In this document: positions 9,927-19,404 of the stretch, one piece after another
How positions within the stretch are numbered: the stretch's first letter is position 1
Layout: every line of letters starts with the position of its first letter
NCBI GenBank assembly: GCA_035573235.1
Contig: DATMZX010000331.1
Span: 1 to 39,191, forward strand
DNA from: Gemmatimonadales bacterium
GTDB lineage: Bacteria > Gemmatimonadota > Gemmatimonadetes > Gemmatimonadales > GWC2-71-9
Reading direction: 5' to 3'
Length of the DNA: 39,191 nucleotides
Notes under the pieces: generated by a model
Database searches by the model: none
Seen by the model: the letters and a program-made list of their open reading frames with translations, nothing else
What the model was told of the DNA's origin: nothing
Program-made: the position numbers and the translations under genes

Positions 9927-11171
9927 GTGCACCCCTTCGAAGCGGTCCGCCTCGCGCTCCAGACCGTCTGGAGCCATAAGCTCCGCTCCTTCTTCACCCT
10001 GCTGGGCATCATCGTCTCCGTCGCCTTCCTCGTGGCGGTCGTCGCGGTCATTCAAGGGATGAACGCGTACGTGCGCGAGCGGCTCGCCGGCGCCATCGTC
10101 GGGATCAACGCGTTCCAGATTCGCCGCGACCCGATCCAGGTCGGCTTCATCGACGACGAGCAGTGGAAGGAAATCCAGCGCCGCCCGATCATCGCCCCGG
10201 AAGACGTCGATTTCATCGAGCGGGCGGTGCCCAACGCGGAGGCCGTCGCGCTGCAATCGGGATGGCCGACGCCGATGGCCGACGTGCAGTGGCGCAATCG
10301 CACCACGGGGGACGTGTTCATCTTCGGCGTGACCGCACCGTTCGTCGTGGTGCAGGACTACAAGTTCGCCGCCGGCGAGCCGCTCACCGACGTCGATTTG
10401 CAGCAGCGCCGTTACGTCGCGGTGCTGGGCTTCGACGTCGCGGAGAAGCTGTTCGGCAACGCCGCGGCCGCGGTCAACCGGATGATCCGGGTGCGCGGGA
10501 TGCAGCTGCTCGTGAAAGGCGTGATCGCCCGGAAGGGCACCGTGCTGGGGCAGTCCTGGGACGGGTTCGTGATGCTGCCGCTGAGCACGTTCGAGTCGAT
10601 GTACGGCCGGCGCCAGACGATGGTGATCTCGGTGAAGATGCCGACCGCGGAGGCCGTCGCGCCCGCGATGCTGCGCGTCGAGGAGGCGATGCGCATCGCG
10701 CACCGGCTGCGGCCCGGGACGGACAACGATTTCACGATCGACACGGGGGAAGGCCTGATCGCATTCTGGGGCAAGCTCACGAAGGTGATCTTCACCGTCG
10801 TGCCCGCCGTGGTGGTGATCGGCATCGTGGTCGGCGGGATCGTGATCATGAACATCATGCTGATGAGCGTCACCGAGCGTACGCGCGAGATCGGCATCCG
10901 CAAGGCGCTCGGCGCCTCGCGCCGCGACATCCGGCGCCAGTTCTTTGCCGAGGCGCTGACGCTGTCGGTGCTCGGCGGCATCGCGGGCCTGCTCGTGGGG
11001 TTCGCGCTGTCGGTGCTGGTGCAGGCCATTTCCCCGCTGCCGGCGCGCGTGACGACGTGGTCCATCGGCACCGCGCTCATGCTCGGCATCATCGTGGGAA
11101 TCACGTTCGGCGTCTTCCCCGCCGTGCGCGCCTCGCGGCTCGATCCGATCGAAGCGCTGCGCCAGGAATAG
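9927..11171 (+). CDS. MacB/FtsX-type ABC permease, class A, copy 3 (most diverged)
   Basis: 414 aa with a GTG start. The N-terminus is FEAVRLALQTVWSHKLRSFFTLLGI, the motif is TERTREIGIRKALGA and the C-terminus is LDPIEALRQE. The periplasmic domain is clearly more diverged than those of A1 and A2. Confidence 0.9.
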   Translation: MHPFEAVRLALQTVWSHKLRSFFTLLGIIVSVAFLVAVVAVIQGMNAYVRERLAGAIVGINAFQIRRDPIQVGFIDDEQWKEIQRRPIIAPEDVDFIERAVPNAEAVALQSGWPTPMADVQWRNRTTGDVFIFGVTAPFVVVQDYKFAAGEPLTDVDLQQRRYVAVLGFDVAEKLFGNAAAAVNRMIRVRGMQLLVKGVIARKGTVLGQSWDGFVMLPLSTFESMYGRRQTMVISVKMPTAEAVAPAMLRVEEAMRIAHRLRPGTDNDFTIDTGEGLIAFWGKLTKVIFTVVPAVVVIGIVVGGIVIMNIMLMSVTERTREIGIRKALGASRRDIRRQFFAEALTLSVLGGIAGLLVGFALSVLVQAISPLPARVTTWSIGTALMLGIIVGITFGVFPAVRASRLDPIEALRQE

Positions 11172-12416
11172 ATGAAGCTCCACTCGGTCCGCGAGGGCTG
11201 GCGCATCGCCCTCGAGCAGCTGCGCGCCAACAAGCTGCGCTCGGCGCTCACGGTGCTGGGTGTGGTGATCGGGATTGCCACGGTGATGGCGATGGCCTCG
11301 ATCGTCGCCGGATTCCGCGAGCAGATCGTCAACACGCTCGAAGTCGTGGGCCCCACGACGTTCCGCGTGCTCCGCTATTTCTCGACGACCGGGGTGAATC
11401 CGGACGCCGTGCCGCGCGAAGTGCGGATGCGTCCGAAGCTGATCCCGCAGGACGCCGAGGCGATCGCGCGCCTGCCGGAGATCCATTACGCGGCGATCTG
11501 GACCCAGGTGTTTCAGCGCTTCGAGTATTCCGGCAATCGCACCCGCGTGCTGGGCGTGTTCGGCGCCGACGACCGGTTCATGGAGATCCTGGGCGGCGGC
11601 ATCGCCAGCGGCCGATCGTTCACGACGTCCGAGCTGCGCGGCGGTGATCCGGTCGTCATCGTCGAGCAGCGCACGGTCGACCGGTTGTTCGGCGCGATCA
11701 ATCCACTCGGGCACATCGTCCGCATCGGCGGCCACCCGTTCAAGATTCTGGGCGTGTGGCAGCGCCCCACCAACATCTTCGAGGTCCCGGGCACGCCGGA
11801 GATCGCCGCCATCATGCCGTTCGAGAGCGCGCGGCGCGCGTTCTTCATCGACGAATGGAACGGTCTGATCATTCTCGTGAAGCCCAAGCCGGAGTACACC
11901 GTGAGCCGGGCCATGGACGCCGCGACGCTGACGCTGCGCCGCACCCGCGGCTTGCGCGCCGGCGATCCGAACGACTTCGACCTGCTCACCTCGGATCAGG
12001 TGCTGGGCATCTTCGACAGCCTGACGTTCGCGTTCTTCTTTGTGATGCTGGTGCTGTCGAGCATCGCGTTGATGGTGGGCGGCATCGGGGTCATGGCGAT
12101 CATGATGGTCTCGGTGACGAGCCGCACGCGCGAGATCGGGTTGCGCAAGGCGCTCGGCGCGACGCGCCGCGCGATCCTGTGGCAATTCCTCATCGAGGCC
12201 GCCACGCTGACGCTGCTTGGCGGCCTGATCGGGATCGTGATCGGGGTGGGCGTGGGCGAGGCCCTCAAGCGGCTGCTCGCCTTCAGCACCACGATTCCCG
12301 TCGTGCCGGCCGCGATCGCGACCGTTGCCTCGATTCTGGTCGGCCTCGTCTTCGGCATCGCGCCGGCGGCGCGCGCCGCCAAGCTCGATCCGATCGAAGC
12401 GTTGCGGTACGAGTAG
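11172..12416 (+). CDS. MacB/FtsX-type ABC permease, class B, copy 3 (most diverged)
   Basis: 414 aa. The ATG immediately follows the previous TAG. The N-terminus is ALEQLRANKLRSALTVLGVVIGI, the motif is TSRTREIGLRKALGA and the C-terminus is LDPIEALRYE. Confidence 0.9.
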   Translation: MKLHSVREGWRIALEQLRANKLRSALTVLGVVIGIATVMAMASIVAGFREQIVNTLEVVGPTTFRVLRYFSTTGVNPDAVPREVRMRPKLIPQDAEAIARLPEIHYAAIWTQVFQRFEYSGNRTRVLGVFGADDRFMEILGGGIASGRSFTTSELRGGDPVVIVEQRTVDRLFGAINPLGHIVRIGGHPFKILGVWQRPTNIFEVPGTPEIAAIMPFESARRAFFIDEWNGLIILVKPKPEYTVSRAMDAATLTLRRTRGLRAGDPNDFDLLTSDQVLGIFDSLTFAFFFVMLVLSSIALMVGGIGVMAIMMVSVTSRTREIGLRKALGATRRAILWQFLIEAATLTLLGGLIGIVIGVGVGEALKRLLAFSTTIPVVPAAIATVASILVGLVFGIAPAARAAKLDPIEALRYE

Positions 12417-12469
12417 CGCTACCCCAAGGGTCAATGGTCGCCCAGGACGGCAGCCCGTAGCCTAGGCGC

Positions 12470-13813
12470 ATGCTCGCACTCGCTGCTGTGGCCATTCTCG
12501 CGCAGGCCGTCGCCGTCCCGCCGAATCTGATTCTTCCCAACTACGACCGCTTGCCGATCGGTCAACGCGAGGGCATCGAGGCCGGCGCCTTCCTGGCGCG
12601 CACCAACGATGCCGGGGCCAACTGGTACAATCCCGCGGGACTCGCCAAGAGCCAGAAAACGGCGCTGAACGCCAGCGCGACCGCCTACGAGTGGACCAGC
12701 ATGTCGCTCGAAGGCTTCGGCGCCAGCGAAGGGCGATCGCGCATCAACACGATCGGGACCCTGCTCAGCGTCGCGATCGGCGAAGGGACGATCAAATCCG
12801 ATCGCTGGCGGCTGGGATTCTCGATCACGAATCCGATCGTGTGGCGGCCGAGCAGCATCGACTTCGCGTTCTCGCCGGCCGCGAACGAGACGTTCGCGTA
12901 CGCCTCGCTCGTCGACTTCAACACGATGATTCCCGGGATCGCGATCGCCTATGCGCCCGGCGGGGTGAGCGCGGGACGATTCCGGGTCGGCGCCGGTCTG
13001 GGGATGGCGATCACCTCGCTCACGCAGTCGCAGAGCGTCTCGATCCGCTCCACGACGGGGACGAGCGCGAGCGTGACGGAGCGGAGCTTCTCCGCCGAAG
13101 GCTCGACGTGGCAGCTGCAGCCCACGGGCGGGTTCCAGTGGGATGCCTCGCCGCGCGTCATCGTCGGGGCGCGCGTGGTCGCGCCCGGCCTCCGCATTCT
13201 CGGCTCGAGCCGTATGACGCTCGAGACGTCACAGTTCCAGTCTCCCACCTCGACCGACCTCGTGTTTCGCGACGAGGGAGCCACGTTCGATTACAAGCGT
13301 CCGCTCGAAGCGGCGACCGGCGTGGCGTATCACGCGACGGCCTTCGAGGTGGAAGTCGACGTGCATTACTACGGCACCATCGACACCTACTCCCTCTACA
13401 AGAGCGAGCTCCCCGGCATCTTGACCGTGGTGGACAGCAGCGGCACGCCCACGGTCACCAACCCCGCGTTCGTGCCCACCGCCAACAGCGCGCGCGCGGT
13501 CACGAACGTTGCCGCGGGCGGGAGTTACCGGCTGACCAACGCGCTCCGCGTCCACGCCGGGTTCGCCAGCGACTTCTCCCCGGTGGATGACCAGGCACTG
13601 TCGGTATTCCGGAAGGTGGACTTGTCGCGCTTCACGACCGGGCTTTCACTCACCGGGCAGCGGCTCTCGGGCTCGCTCGGGCTGGGGTATTCATCCGGAA
13701 GCGGCACGCGGGAAACGCTCGGAAATTCCGGGGGCGGTCAGCCGACCGCGACGCAGTTCAAAGTGCGCACGTTCAACCTGCTGTTCGCCTTCTCGTACGG
13801 CTTCGGCTCCTAG
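12470..13813 (+). CDS. outer-membrane beta-barrel protein, tentatively FadL/TodX-like
   Basis: 447 aa with a short signal peptide (MLALAAVAILAQAVA). It carries an NPAGL motif (WYNPAGLAK), which I associate with the hatch region of FadL/TodX channels. Amphipathic beta-strands alternate to the C-terminus (FAFSYGFGS). It lies 53 nt downstream of the last permease. Confidence 0.7.
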   Translation: MLALAAVAILAQAVAVPPNLILPNYDRLPIGQREGIEAGAFLARTNDAGANWYNPAGLAKSQKTALNASATAYEWTSMSLEGFGASEGRSRINTIGTLLSVAIGEGTIKSDRWRLGFSITNPIVWRPSSIDFAFSPAANETFAYASLVDFNTMIPGIAIAYAPGGVSAGRFRVGAGLGMAITSLTQSQSVSIRSTTGTSASVTERSFSAEGSTWQLQPTGGFQWDASPRVIVGARVVAPGLRILGSSRMTLETSQFQSPTSTDLVFRDEGATFDYKRPLEAATGVAYHATAFEVEVDVHYYGTIDTYSLYKSELPGILTVVDSSGTPTVTNPAFVPTANSARAVTNVAAGGSYRLTNALRVHAGFASDFSPVDDQALSVFRKVDLSRFTTGLSLTGQRLSGSLGLGYSSGSGTRETLGNSGGGQPTATQFKVRTFNLLFAFSYGFGS

Positions 13814-13816
13814 CCC

Positions 13817-14791
13817 TCAGAACGTCCAGCCCACCATCAACGTCACACCGAAGTCGTTCTTCGCCAGGCTGTCGGAAGGCGGCCGGCTGTCGAAGTTGTC
13901 GAACAAGACCAGCCCGGTATTGAAGTTCTTGATGAGCTCGCGGCTCAGGCTGACGCTCAGCTCGCTGCGGACTCGGCCGAAGTCGGTCAGACTGGGATAG
14001 AGGCTGAGCAGGCACTGGATATCGGTCTTGGGCGTATCGAGCTGGAAGTAATTGGCCTCCCCGCTCAGCAGCGCCTCGAGACCGAACGTCGCGCTGCTTC
14101 CAGTAAACCGCTCGTTGCTGAACGCGAGACCGCTCGCGATCAGGATTTCCGCACGGTTGGTCTGCCGCAGGAACCGGCCGCCGCCGGCCGTGACCAAACC
14201 ACGCCGCGCCAGATCGAGCTCTTCGTTCTGTTGGATTTCTCCCGAGGCCAGCAACAGCCACCGATTCCCCAGGAACCGGACCTGACTCAGGGACGCTGAA
14301 TTGCGGCTTGTGCCGTCGGCATCTTCCTGGTTCTGGAAGTAGAGGTTCGCGCGCAGCCGCGTCAGCCGGACGCGCGTGCGGTACTCCGCCTCGAAATCGG
14401 TGTTGAGACTGCGCAGACGGTTGGCGCGCTGGAACGTCAGGTTCAGGTTGAGGTGCCCATCGACGCGCGTGAGAAAGCTCTGTCCCAGCGGGTACATGCG
14501 GACGACGTTGGCGATGTCGAGCGTATCGACGAACGACGTCACCTCGACCACCATGCGGCCGGGGTCTCGCGCGGGCCGCAGCGTCCCGTAGTAGCGCCGT
14601 CCGGTATTGTCCTCGACCTCGAAATACCGGGGGCTCACGATCCGCGCGATCTTGTCCCACTTGATCGCCAGGGTGCCGACGTCGTCGGTCTTGTAGGTCA
14701 GGGCGCCGCGATCGAGTGTCTTGATCTCGCCGATGATGCGGTCGCCGTTCCGCATCAGCACCGTATCGACTTTTTGGGCGCAAAGGGGCAT
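13817..14791 (-). CDS. DUF481-family outer-membrane barrel protein; the true N-terminus probably lies upstream of the first canonical start
   Basis: It has a YdiY/DUF481-like N-terminal module (DTVLMRNGDRIIGEIKTLDRGALTYKTDDVGTLAIKWDKI) and a C-terminal barrel ending in VGWTF. In-frame sequence upstream of the ATG reads LVLRLLVVAAGLAAVAA-MPLCAQ, a signal peptide with no ATG, GTG or TTG. Confidence 0.75.
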   Translation of the reverse strand: MPLCAQKVDTVLMRNGDRIIGEIKTLDRGALTYKTDDVGTLAIKWDKIARIVSPRYFEVEDNTGRRYYGTLRPARDPGRMVVEVTSFVDTLDIANVVRMYPLGQSFLTRVDGHLNLNLTFQRANRLRSLNTDFEAEYRTRVRLTRLRANLYFQNQEDADGTSRNSASLSQVRFLGNRWLLLASGEIQQNEELDLARRGLVTAGGGRFLRQTNRAEILIASGLAFSNERFTGSSATFGLEALLSGEANYFQLDTPKTDIQCLLSLYPSLTDFGRVRSELSVSLSRELIKNFNTGLVLFDNFDSRPPSDSLAKNDFGVTLMVGWTF

Positions 14792-14823
14792 CGCCGCAAC
14801 GGCGGCGAGCCCCGCGGCGACGA

Positions 14824-16284
14824 CTAGTAGTCGGAGGACCAGCGCGGAATGGCCGTCGAGATGAAGAGGCGGGCCTGCGGAACCGTCAGATGGGTTGCGG
14901 GACCAGGCGCCGTCGCGGGATCAGACGGTGTGCTGTTGCGATGGATGTAGTCGTAGCGCGCGCCGAATCCCCAGCGCTTGAACGGGTACCAGCGCGCATC
15001 GAGCACGCCCTGGGCCAGATAGTGATCGTAGTCCGTGCCGTTCAGCGTGTGGATCCACGTGCCGTTGTATCCGGCGGTGAACAGGAACTTGCCGAGCCGG
15101 CCGACGGTCGCTTGCGCGCCCGCGCCCGCGCCCGGCCCGAAGTCGTAGTTGCGCCCCTCGCCGCTGATTTCGTAGTAGTCGGAACGCACGCCCGCGATCG
15201 CGACGCCGCGCAGGTAGACGTCGCTCACCAGCTGCCAGCGTTTGCCGAGCTGGAAGTTCGAGCTGACGCCGCCCGTGAAGCTCTGCGCGCCGTACTCATG
15301 CACGACCGAGTTGAAAGCGGTGTCCGTGGTCGGGAAGAAGTAATACTCGTAGTTCATCCGCACATTGGCGACGTGGGTCGCCGAGCCGCCGCCCGATCCC
15401 AGTCGCTTGCCCCAGATGTTTCCCTTCGCGGTGAGGATCTGCAGCTTCTGGCGGTCCTGCCCCAGCCCGAGCTCCGCGGTCACCTGAAACGTCGAGAACG
15501 GTTTCCCGATGAGGTCCTGCACCGGCCGTCCATAGAGCAGACGCCACGTGACGGTGAGATCGCGCTGCGGATCGCTCAGCACGTCGAACGAATTGCCCTT
15601 CGTGCCGATCACTCGCGTGCCGACATCGAGCGATGCCTGCGCCCACGCGGGCCGCCAGTCGGGCGGGTTTTGCGTGACGTCGTTGACCTTCCCGTCGAGC
15701 AAGCGGTTGAATTCGTTCCACGGGCTCGAGAAGAAGGCGCCGATTTCCCGCCACGTGCGCTCGGAGCCCGTCGCGCGATTGTCGAGCGTCAGGTTGGAGA
15801 GGCGCCACAGCATTTCGCCCAGCGCGATGCCGCCGAGCGAGGTGTTGATCATGTCGTTGGGCGCCTTGGGGTGCGTTTCCCCACAACATTCCCAGATGTA
15901 GGAGCCGGCGACCGCGCCGATCGACGACGCCCAGAAGTTGTAGCCGTTGGACCGATACGAGTTGAAGTAGTAGTTGCCGTGCATCGGGTGCGCGAACTGG
16001 TTCGTCTGGAAGTTGTTGTCGTCCCAGACCCACTTGCCGGTGATGTTGTCCCACCAGGACTCGGGAGTCACCTTCGCGAAGTCGGCGTCGCGGATGTAAT
16101 AGTTCACGGCCCACGGGATCCACCAGTTCACGTACAGCTCGGCCGTGCCACGCCAGAACTTTTTCGGGCGCGGCTCGCAGTCGGGGCAGGACGGCGACTT
16201 CGGAGGTTCGAGGCGCTGCGCGGCCGCCCCGGAAGCAAGGCACAGGGCGGCGCAGACGGAGATGGTGATCGAGAGCCGTCGCAT
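14824..16284 (-). CDS. DUF3943-like secreted or outer-membrane protein
   Basis: 486 aa with signal peptide MRRLSITISVCAALCLASGAAAQ. The core resembles DUF3943 from memory (WDDNNFQTNQFAHPMHGNYYFNSYRSNGYNFWASS...WECCGE...PNDMINTSLGGIALGE). The C-terminal half is rich in beta-strands. Confidence 0.75.
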   Translation of the reverse strand: MRRLSITISVCAALCLASGAAAQRLEPPKSPSCPDCEPRPKKFWRGTAELYVNWWIPWAVNYYIRDADFAKVTPESWWDNITGKWVWDDNNFQTNQFAHPMHGNYYFNSYRSNGYNFWASSIGAVAGSYIWECCGETHPKAPNDMINTSLGGIALGEMLWRLSNLTLDNRATGSERTWREIGAFFSSPWNEFNRLLDGKVNDVTQNPPDWRPAWAQASLDVGTRVIGTKGNSFDVLSDPQRDLTVTWRLLYGRPVQDLIGKPFSTFQVTAELGLGQDRQKLQILTAKGNIWGKRLGSGGGSATHVANVRMNYEYYFFPTTDTAFNSVVHEYGAQSFTGGVSSNFQLGKRWQLVSDVYLRGVAIAGVRSDYYEISGEGRNYDFGPGAGAGAQATVGRLGKFLFTAGYNGTWIHTLNGTDYDHYLAQGVLDARWYPFKRWGFGARYDYIHRNSTPSDPATAPGPATHLTVPQARLFISTAIPRWSSDY

Positions 16285-16348
16285 GGGCAGTAGGATGCCC
16301 CCTCCCGAGACTCCCGGATATGTGACTTTCGTCTAACTTTTAGCCGCC

Positions 16349-17074
16349 ATGCCCCCACTGGATCTCCTGGCCATCGCGGCCCATCGCGACGACGTCGAGC
16401 TGACCTGCGGCGGCACGCTCGCCATGGCCGCCAAGGCCGGCCACCGGGTCGGCATCATCGACATGACGCAGGGTGAAATGGGGACGCGCGGCGATGCCCA
16501 GACGCGGGCGGCCGAGGCGGAGCGCGCGGCGCAGACGCTGGGCGTGAGCGTCCGGCTCAACGCCGGGCTGCGCGACGCGCATATCGAAAACGATGAGGCG
16601 TCGCGCAAAAGAATCGTCGAGCTGATTCGGCAGACGAGACCGCGGGTCGTGATCCTTCCCTTTCCGGTGGGGCGCCATCCCGACCACCGCATCGCGTCGG
16701 AGCTGGGACGCGACGCCTGCTATCTCGCGGGACTCGCCAAATACGAGCCCGGAACGGGCGGTGCAGCGCACCGGCCGTTCAAGCTGCTGTATGCGCTCGC
16801 CTATCGTGAAGATCCCATCAAGCCGACGTTCGTCGTCGACATTTCGGACGTGTTCGAGACGAAGATGCAGGCAATCCGGTGTTACGCGTCACAATTCGAC
16901 GGGGCCAAGGCCGCGGGCGAGATCCATCCCACCGGTCAGGATCTGTATGAGCTCATTCGGGTGCAGTCGGCGCATTACGGCTCGCTGATCCGGAAGCGCT
17001 ACGGGGAGCCGTTCTACACGCCGGAGACGCAGGAAGTGGCTGATGTGATGCAGCTTGGCGTGCAGTCAATCTAG
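16349..17074 (+). CDS. bshB1: PIG-L/LmbE-family deacetylase, BshB1-like (bacillithiol biosynthesis)
   Basis: 241 aa. The N-terminal metal motif is LAIAAHRDDVELTCGGT, followed by DMTQGEMGTRG and a central HPDHR. It is collinear with BshB1 as I recall it. Confidence 0.75.
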   Translation: MPPLDLLAIAAHRDDVELTCGGTLAMAAKAGHRVGIIDMTQGEMGTRGDAQTRAAEAERAAQTLGVSVRLNAGLRDAHIENDEASRKRIVELIRQTRPRVVILPFPVGRHPDHRIASELGRDACYLAGLAKYEPGTGGAAHRPFKLLYALAYREDPIKPTFVVDISDVFETKMQAIRCYASQFDGAKAAGEIHPTGQDLYELIRVQSAHYGSLIRKRYGEPFYTPETQEVADVMQLGVQSI

Positions 17075-17091
17075 ATTAAATTCCGCACCTC

Positions 17092-18267
17092 ATGACGAAG
17101 CGCGTCACCTACCTCGATAACGCGGCGACCACGCCGGTCCGGCCGGAAGTGCTGGAGGCCATGCTTCCCTATTTGGGGAAGGAAGCCTTCGGCAATCCGT
17201 CGTCCGCGCACCGGTTCGGCCGCGCCGCGCGCGCCGGCGTCGAGGAGGCCAAGCGCGCGGTCGCCGAGGCGGTGGGAGCCGAGCCGAATCAAGTCATCTT
17301 CACCTCCGGCGGCACCGAAGCCGACAATCTCGCGGTCATCGGCGCCGCGCTCGCCTCGCGCGATCGCGGTGGCCCGTTCCGGGTCGCGGTCTCGGCGACG
17401 GAGCACAAGGCCGGTCTCGCCGCCGCGCACGCCGTGAAGCATCTGGGCGGCGAGGAAGTGATCCTGCCCGTCTCCGCCTCCGGGCTCGTCGACGACGCGG
17501 CGCTCGCGCGCGCCCTCCAGGGTGGGCTCGCCGTCGTCAGCGTGATGTGGGTGAACAACGAAGTCGGAACGGTGCAGCAGGTGCGCGCCCTCGCCGATCG
17601 ATGTTGCGACGCGGGCGTCTCGTTCCACTCGGACGCCGTTCAGGCGTTCGGCAAGGTTCCGGTCTCGCTCCGCGACGTCAACTGCACGCTCCTCACCATC
17701 TCCGGTCACAAGATCGGCGCCCCAAAGGGAATCGGCGCCTTGATCGTGCGCGATCGCAAGGCGATCGAGGCGATCATCCACGGCGGCGGCCAGCAGTTCG
17801 GCATCCGTCCCGGCACCGAGAACGTGCCCGGGATCGTCGCGCTCGGCACGGCGGCCCGGCTCGCCGCGCAGGAGCAGGCCGCGCTCGCCGCGCGGCTGCG
17901 CGAGCTGCGCGACGACCTCGAGCGGCGGCTGCTCGCGGTCATTCCGGACGCCGTCATCAACGGCTGGCAGGGGGAGCGCGCGCCGCAGATTTCGAACGTC
18001 TCGATTCCGGGCACCGACAGCGAAGCGATGCTGATGCACCTCGACCTGGCCGGCATCGCCTGTTCGTCGGGATCCGCGTGCAGCACGGGCACCGTCGAGC
18101 CGTCGCACGTGCTGAGCGCGATGGGCGTCCCCCACGAGCTCGGCGTCGCCGCACTGCGGTTCTCGTTCGGCAAGGATAGCACGACGGAGGACGTCCAGGC
18201 GGTCGAAACGGTGATCGCGAAGATCGTGGAAAAGGTGCGGTCGCTGTCGGCCGTCCTCCACCGATGA
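17092..18267 (+). CDS. cysteine desulfurase, NifS/IscS class
   Basis: 391 aa. The PLP-lysine motif is [14 protein letters not shown] and the catalytic Cys loop is [10 protein letters not shown]. The N-terminus is typical ([10 protein letters not shown]). Confidence 0.9.
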   Translation: MTKRVTYLDNAATTPVRPEVLEAMLPYLGKEAFGNPSSAHRFGRAARAGVEEAKRAVAEAVGAEPNQVIFTSGGTEADNLAVIGAALASRDRGGPFRVAVSATEHKAGLAAAHAVKHLGGEEVILPVSASGLVDDAALARALQGGLAVVSVMWVNNEVGTVQQVRALADRCCDAGVSFHSDAVQAFGKVPVSLRDVNCTLLTISGHKIGAPKGIGALIVRDRKAIEAIIHGGGQQFGIRPGTENVPGIVALGTAARLAAQEQAALAARLRELRDDLERRLLAVIPDAVINGWQGERAPQISNVSIPGTDSEAMLMHLDLAGIACSSGSACSTGTVEPSHVLSAMGVPHELGVAALRFSFGKDSTTEDVQAVETVIAKIVEKVRSLSAVLHR

Positions 18268-19316
18268 AGGTCCTTGTCGCGATGTCGGGCGGTGTCGATT
18301 CGTCCGTGGCAGCCGCGCTGTTGGTCGAGCAAGGCTACGACGTGATCGGCGCGACGATGAAGCTGTTCTGCTACGGCGATACCGTGCCCGATCGTCCCTG
18401 CTGCTCGCTCGACTCGATCACCGACGCGAAGCTCGTGGCGCACAAGCTCGGCATCCCGCACTACGTCTTGAATCTCGAGGACCGGTTCGGGCACGACGTC
18501 ATCGACAACTTCGTCGCCGAGTACGCGCGCGGCCGCACGCCGATCCCGTGCGTGCGCTGCAACTCGTTCACCAAGTTCCGTGATTTCCTGTATCACGCGG
18601 ACGCGCTCGACTGCGACGCGATTGCGACCGGTCACTACGCGATTGCGAGGGACGGCGCGCTCTACCGCGGCGCCGACCGGCAGAAGGACCAGTCCTATTT
18701 CCTGTGGGGCATCGATCGCACCGTGGTACGGCGGATGCTCACGCCGGTGGGAGCGCTGACGAAAGCCGAGACGCGCACCGCGGCCCGGAGCCTCGGGCTC
18801 GTCACCGCCGACAAGCAGGAGTCGGTCGAGATCTGCTTCGTGCCGAATGACGATTACGTGTCGGTGCTCGCGCAGCATCTCCCCGCCGACGCGCCCGCGC
18901 TGACGCCCGGGCCGCTCGTCACGACCGGCGGCGAGGTAATCGGCGAGCATGAAGGGTTCGCGCGCTACACGATCGGCCAGCGCCGCGGACTGCCCGGCGG
19001 ATTCGCCGAGCCCCTCTATGTGGTCGCGATCCGGCCCGAGCGGCGCGAGGTGGTCGTGGGCCGAGGCGAAGAGTTGTTCGGACACGAGGTGTCCCTCGCA
19101 GAGGTCAATTGGCTCATCGATCCGCCGTCCCAGGGCGACGTCGTGTGGGTGCAGTGCCGCTATCGCGCGCGCGCCGTGCCCGGCACGATTGCTGCTCAGG
19201 GCGAAGGCCGCGTGGAGCTGCGGCTGGCCGAGCCGGTCCGGGCGATCGCGCCGGGACAGTCCGGCGTGCTGTATGATGCCGGGGAACGCCTACTGGGCGG
19301 CGGCGTCATAGCCTAG
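18264..19316 (+). CDS. mnmA: tRNA 2-thiouridine(34) synthase
   Basis: 350 aa with PP-loop [13 protein letters not shown] and catalytic cysteines in the expected context (IPCVRCN, ICF). Its ATGA overlaps the desulfurase stop. Confidence 0.9.
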   Translation: MKVLVAMSGGVDSSVAAALLVEQGYDVIGATMKLFCYGDTVPDRPCCSLDSITDAKLVAHKLGIPHYVLNLEDRFGHDVIDNFVAEYARGRTPIPCVRCNSFTKFRDFLYHADALDCDAIATGHYAIARDGALYRGADRQKDQSYFLWGIDRTVVRRMLTPVGALTKAETRTAARSLGLVTADKQESVEICFVPNDDYVSVLAQHLPADAPALTPGPLVTTGGEVIGEHEGFARYTIGQRRGLPGGFAEPLYVVAIRPERREVVVGRGEELFGHEVSLAEVNWLIDPPSQGDVVWVQCRYRARAVPGTIAAQGEGRVELRLAEPVRAIAPGQSGVLYDAGERLLGGGVIA

Positions 19317-19404
19317 CCTGCTCAGGGGTGTGCCGGGTCACAGCGACTCGGGCCAGGGGCACGCAGACTTGGATTCTCTTCTCAAACTTTCAGCAGGAGG
19401 CAGT

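Noticed and set aside
8625-12434. A 1269-aa uninterrupted ORF on the minus strand, antisense to permease genes B2, A3 and B3.
   Set aside because: It is a shadow ORF typical of high-GC genomes, where GC-rich third positions on the sense strand remove stop codons from the antisense frame. The translation is low-complexity (rich in R, D, H, G and A) with no recognisable motifs. The plus-strand genes have clear family signatures and coupled starts and stops.
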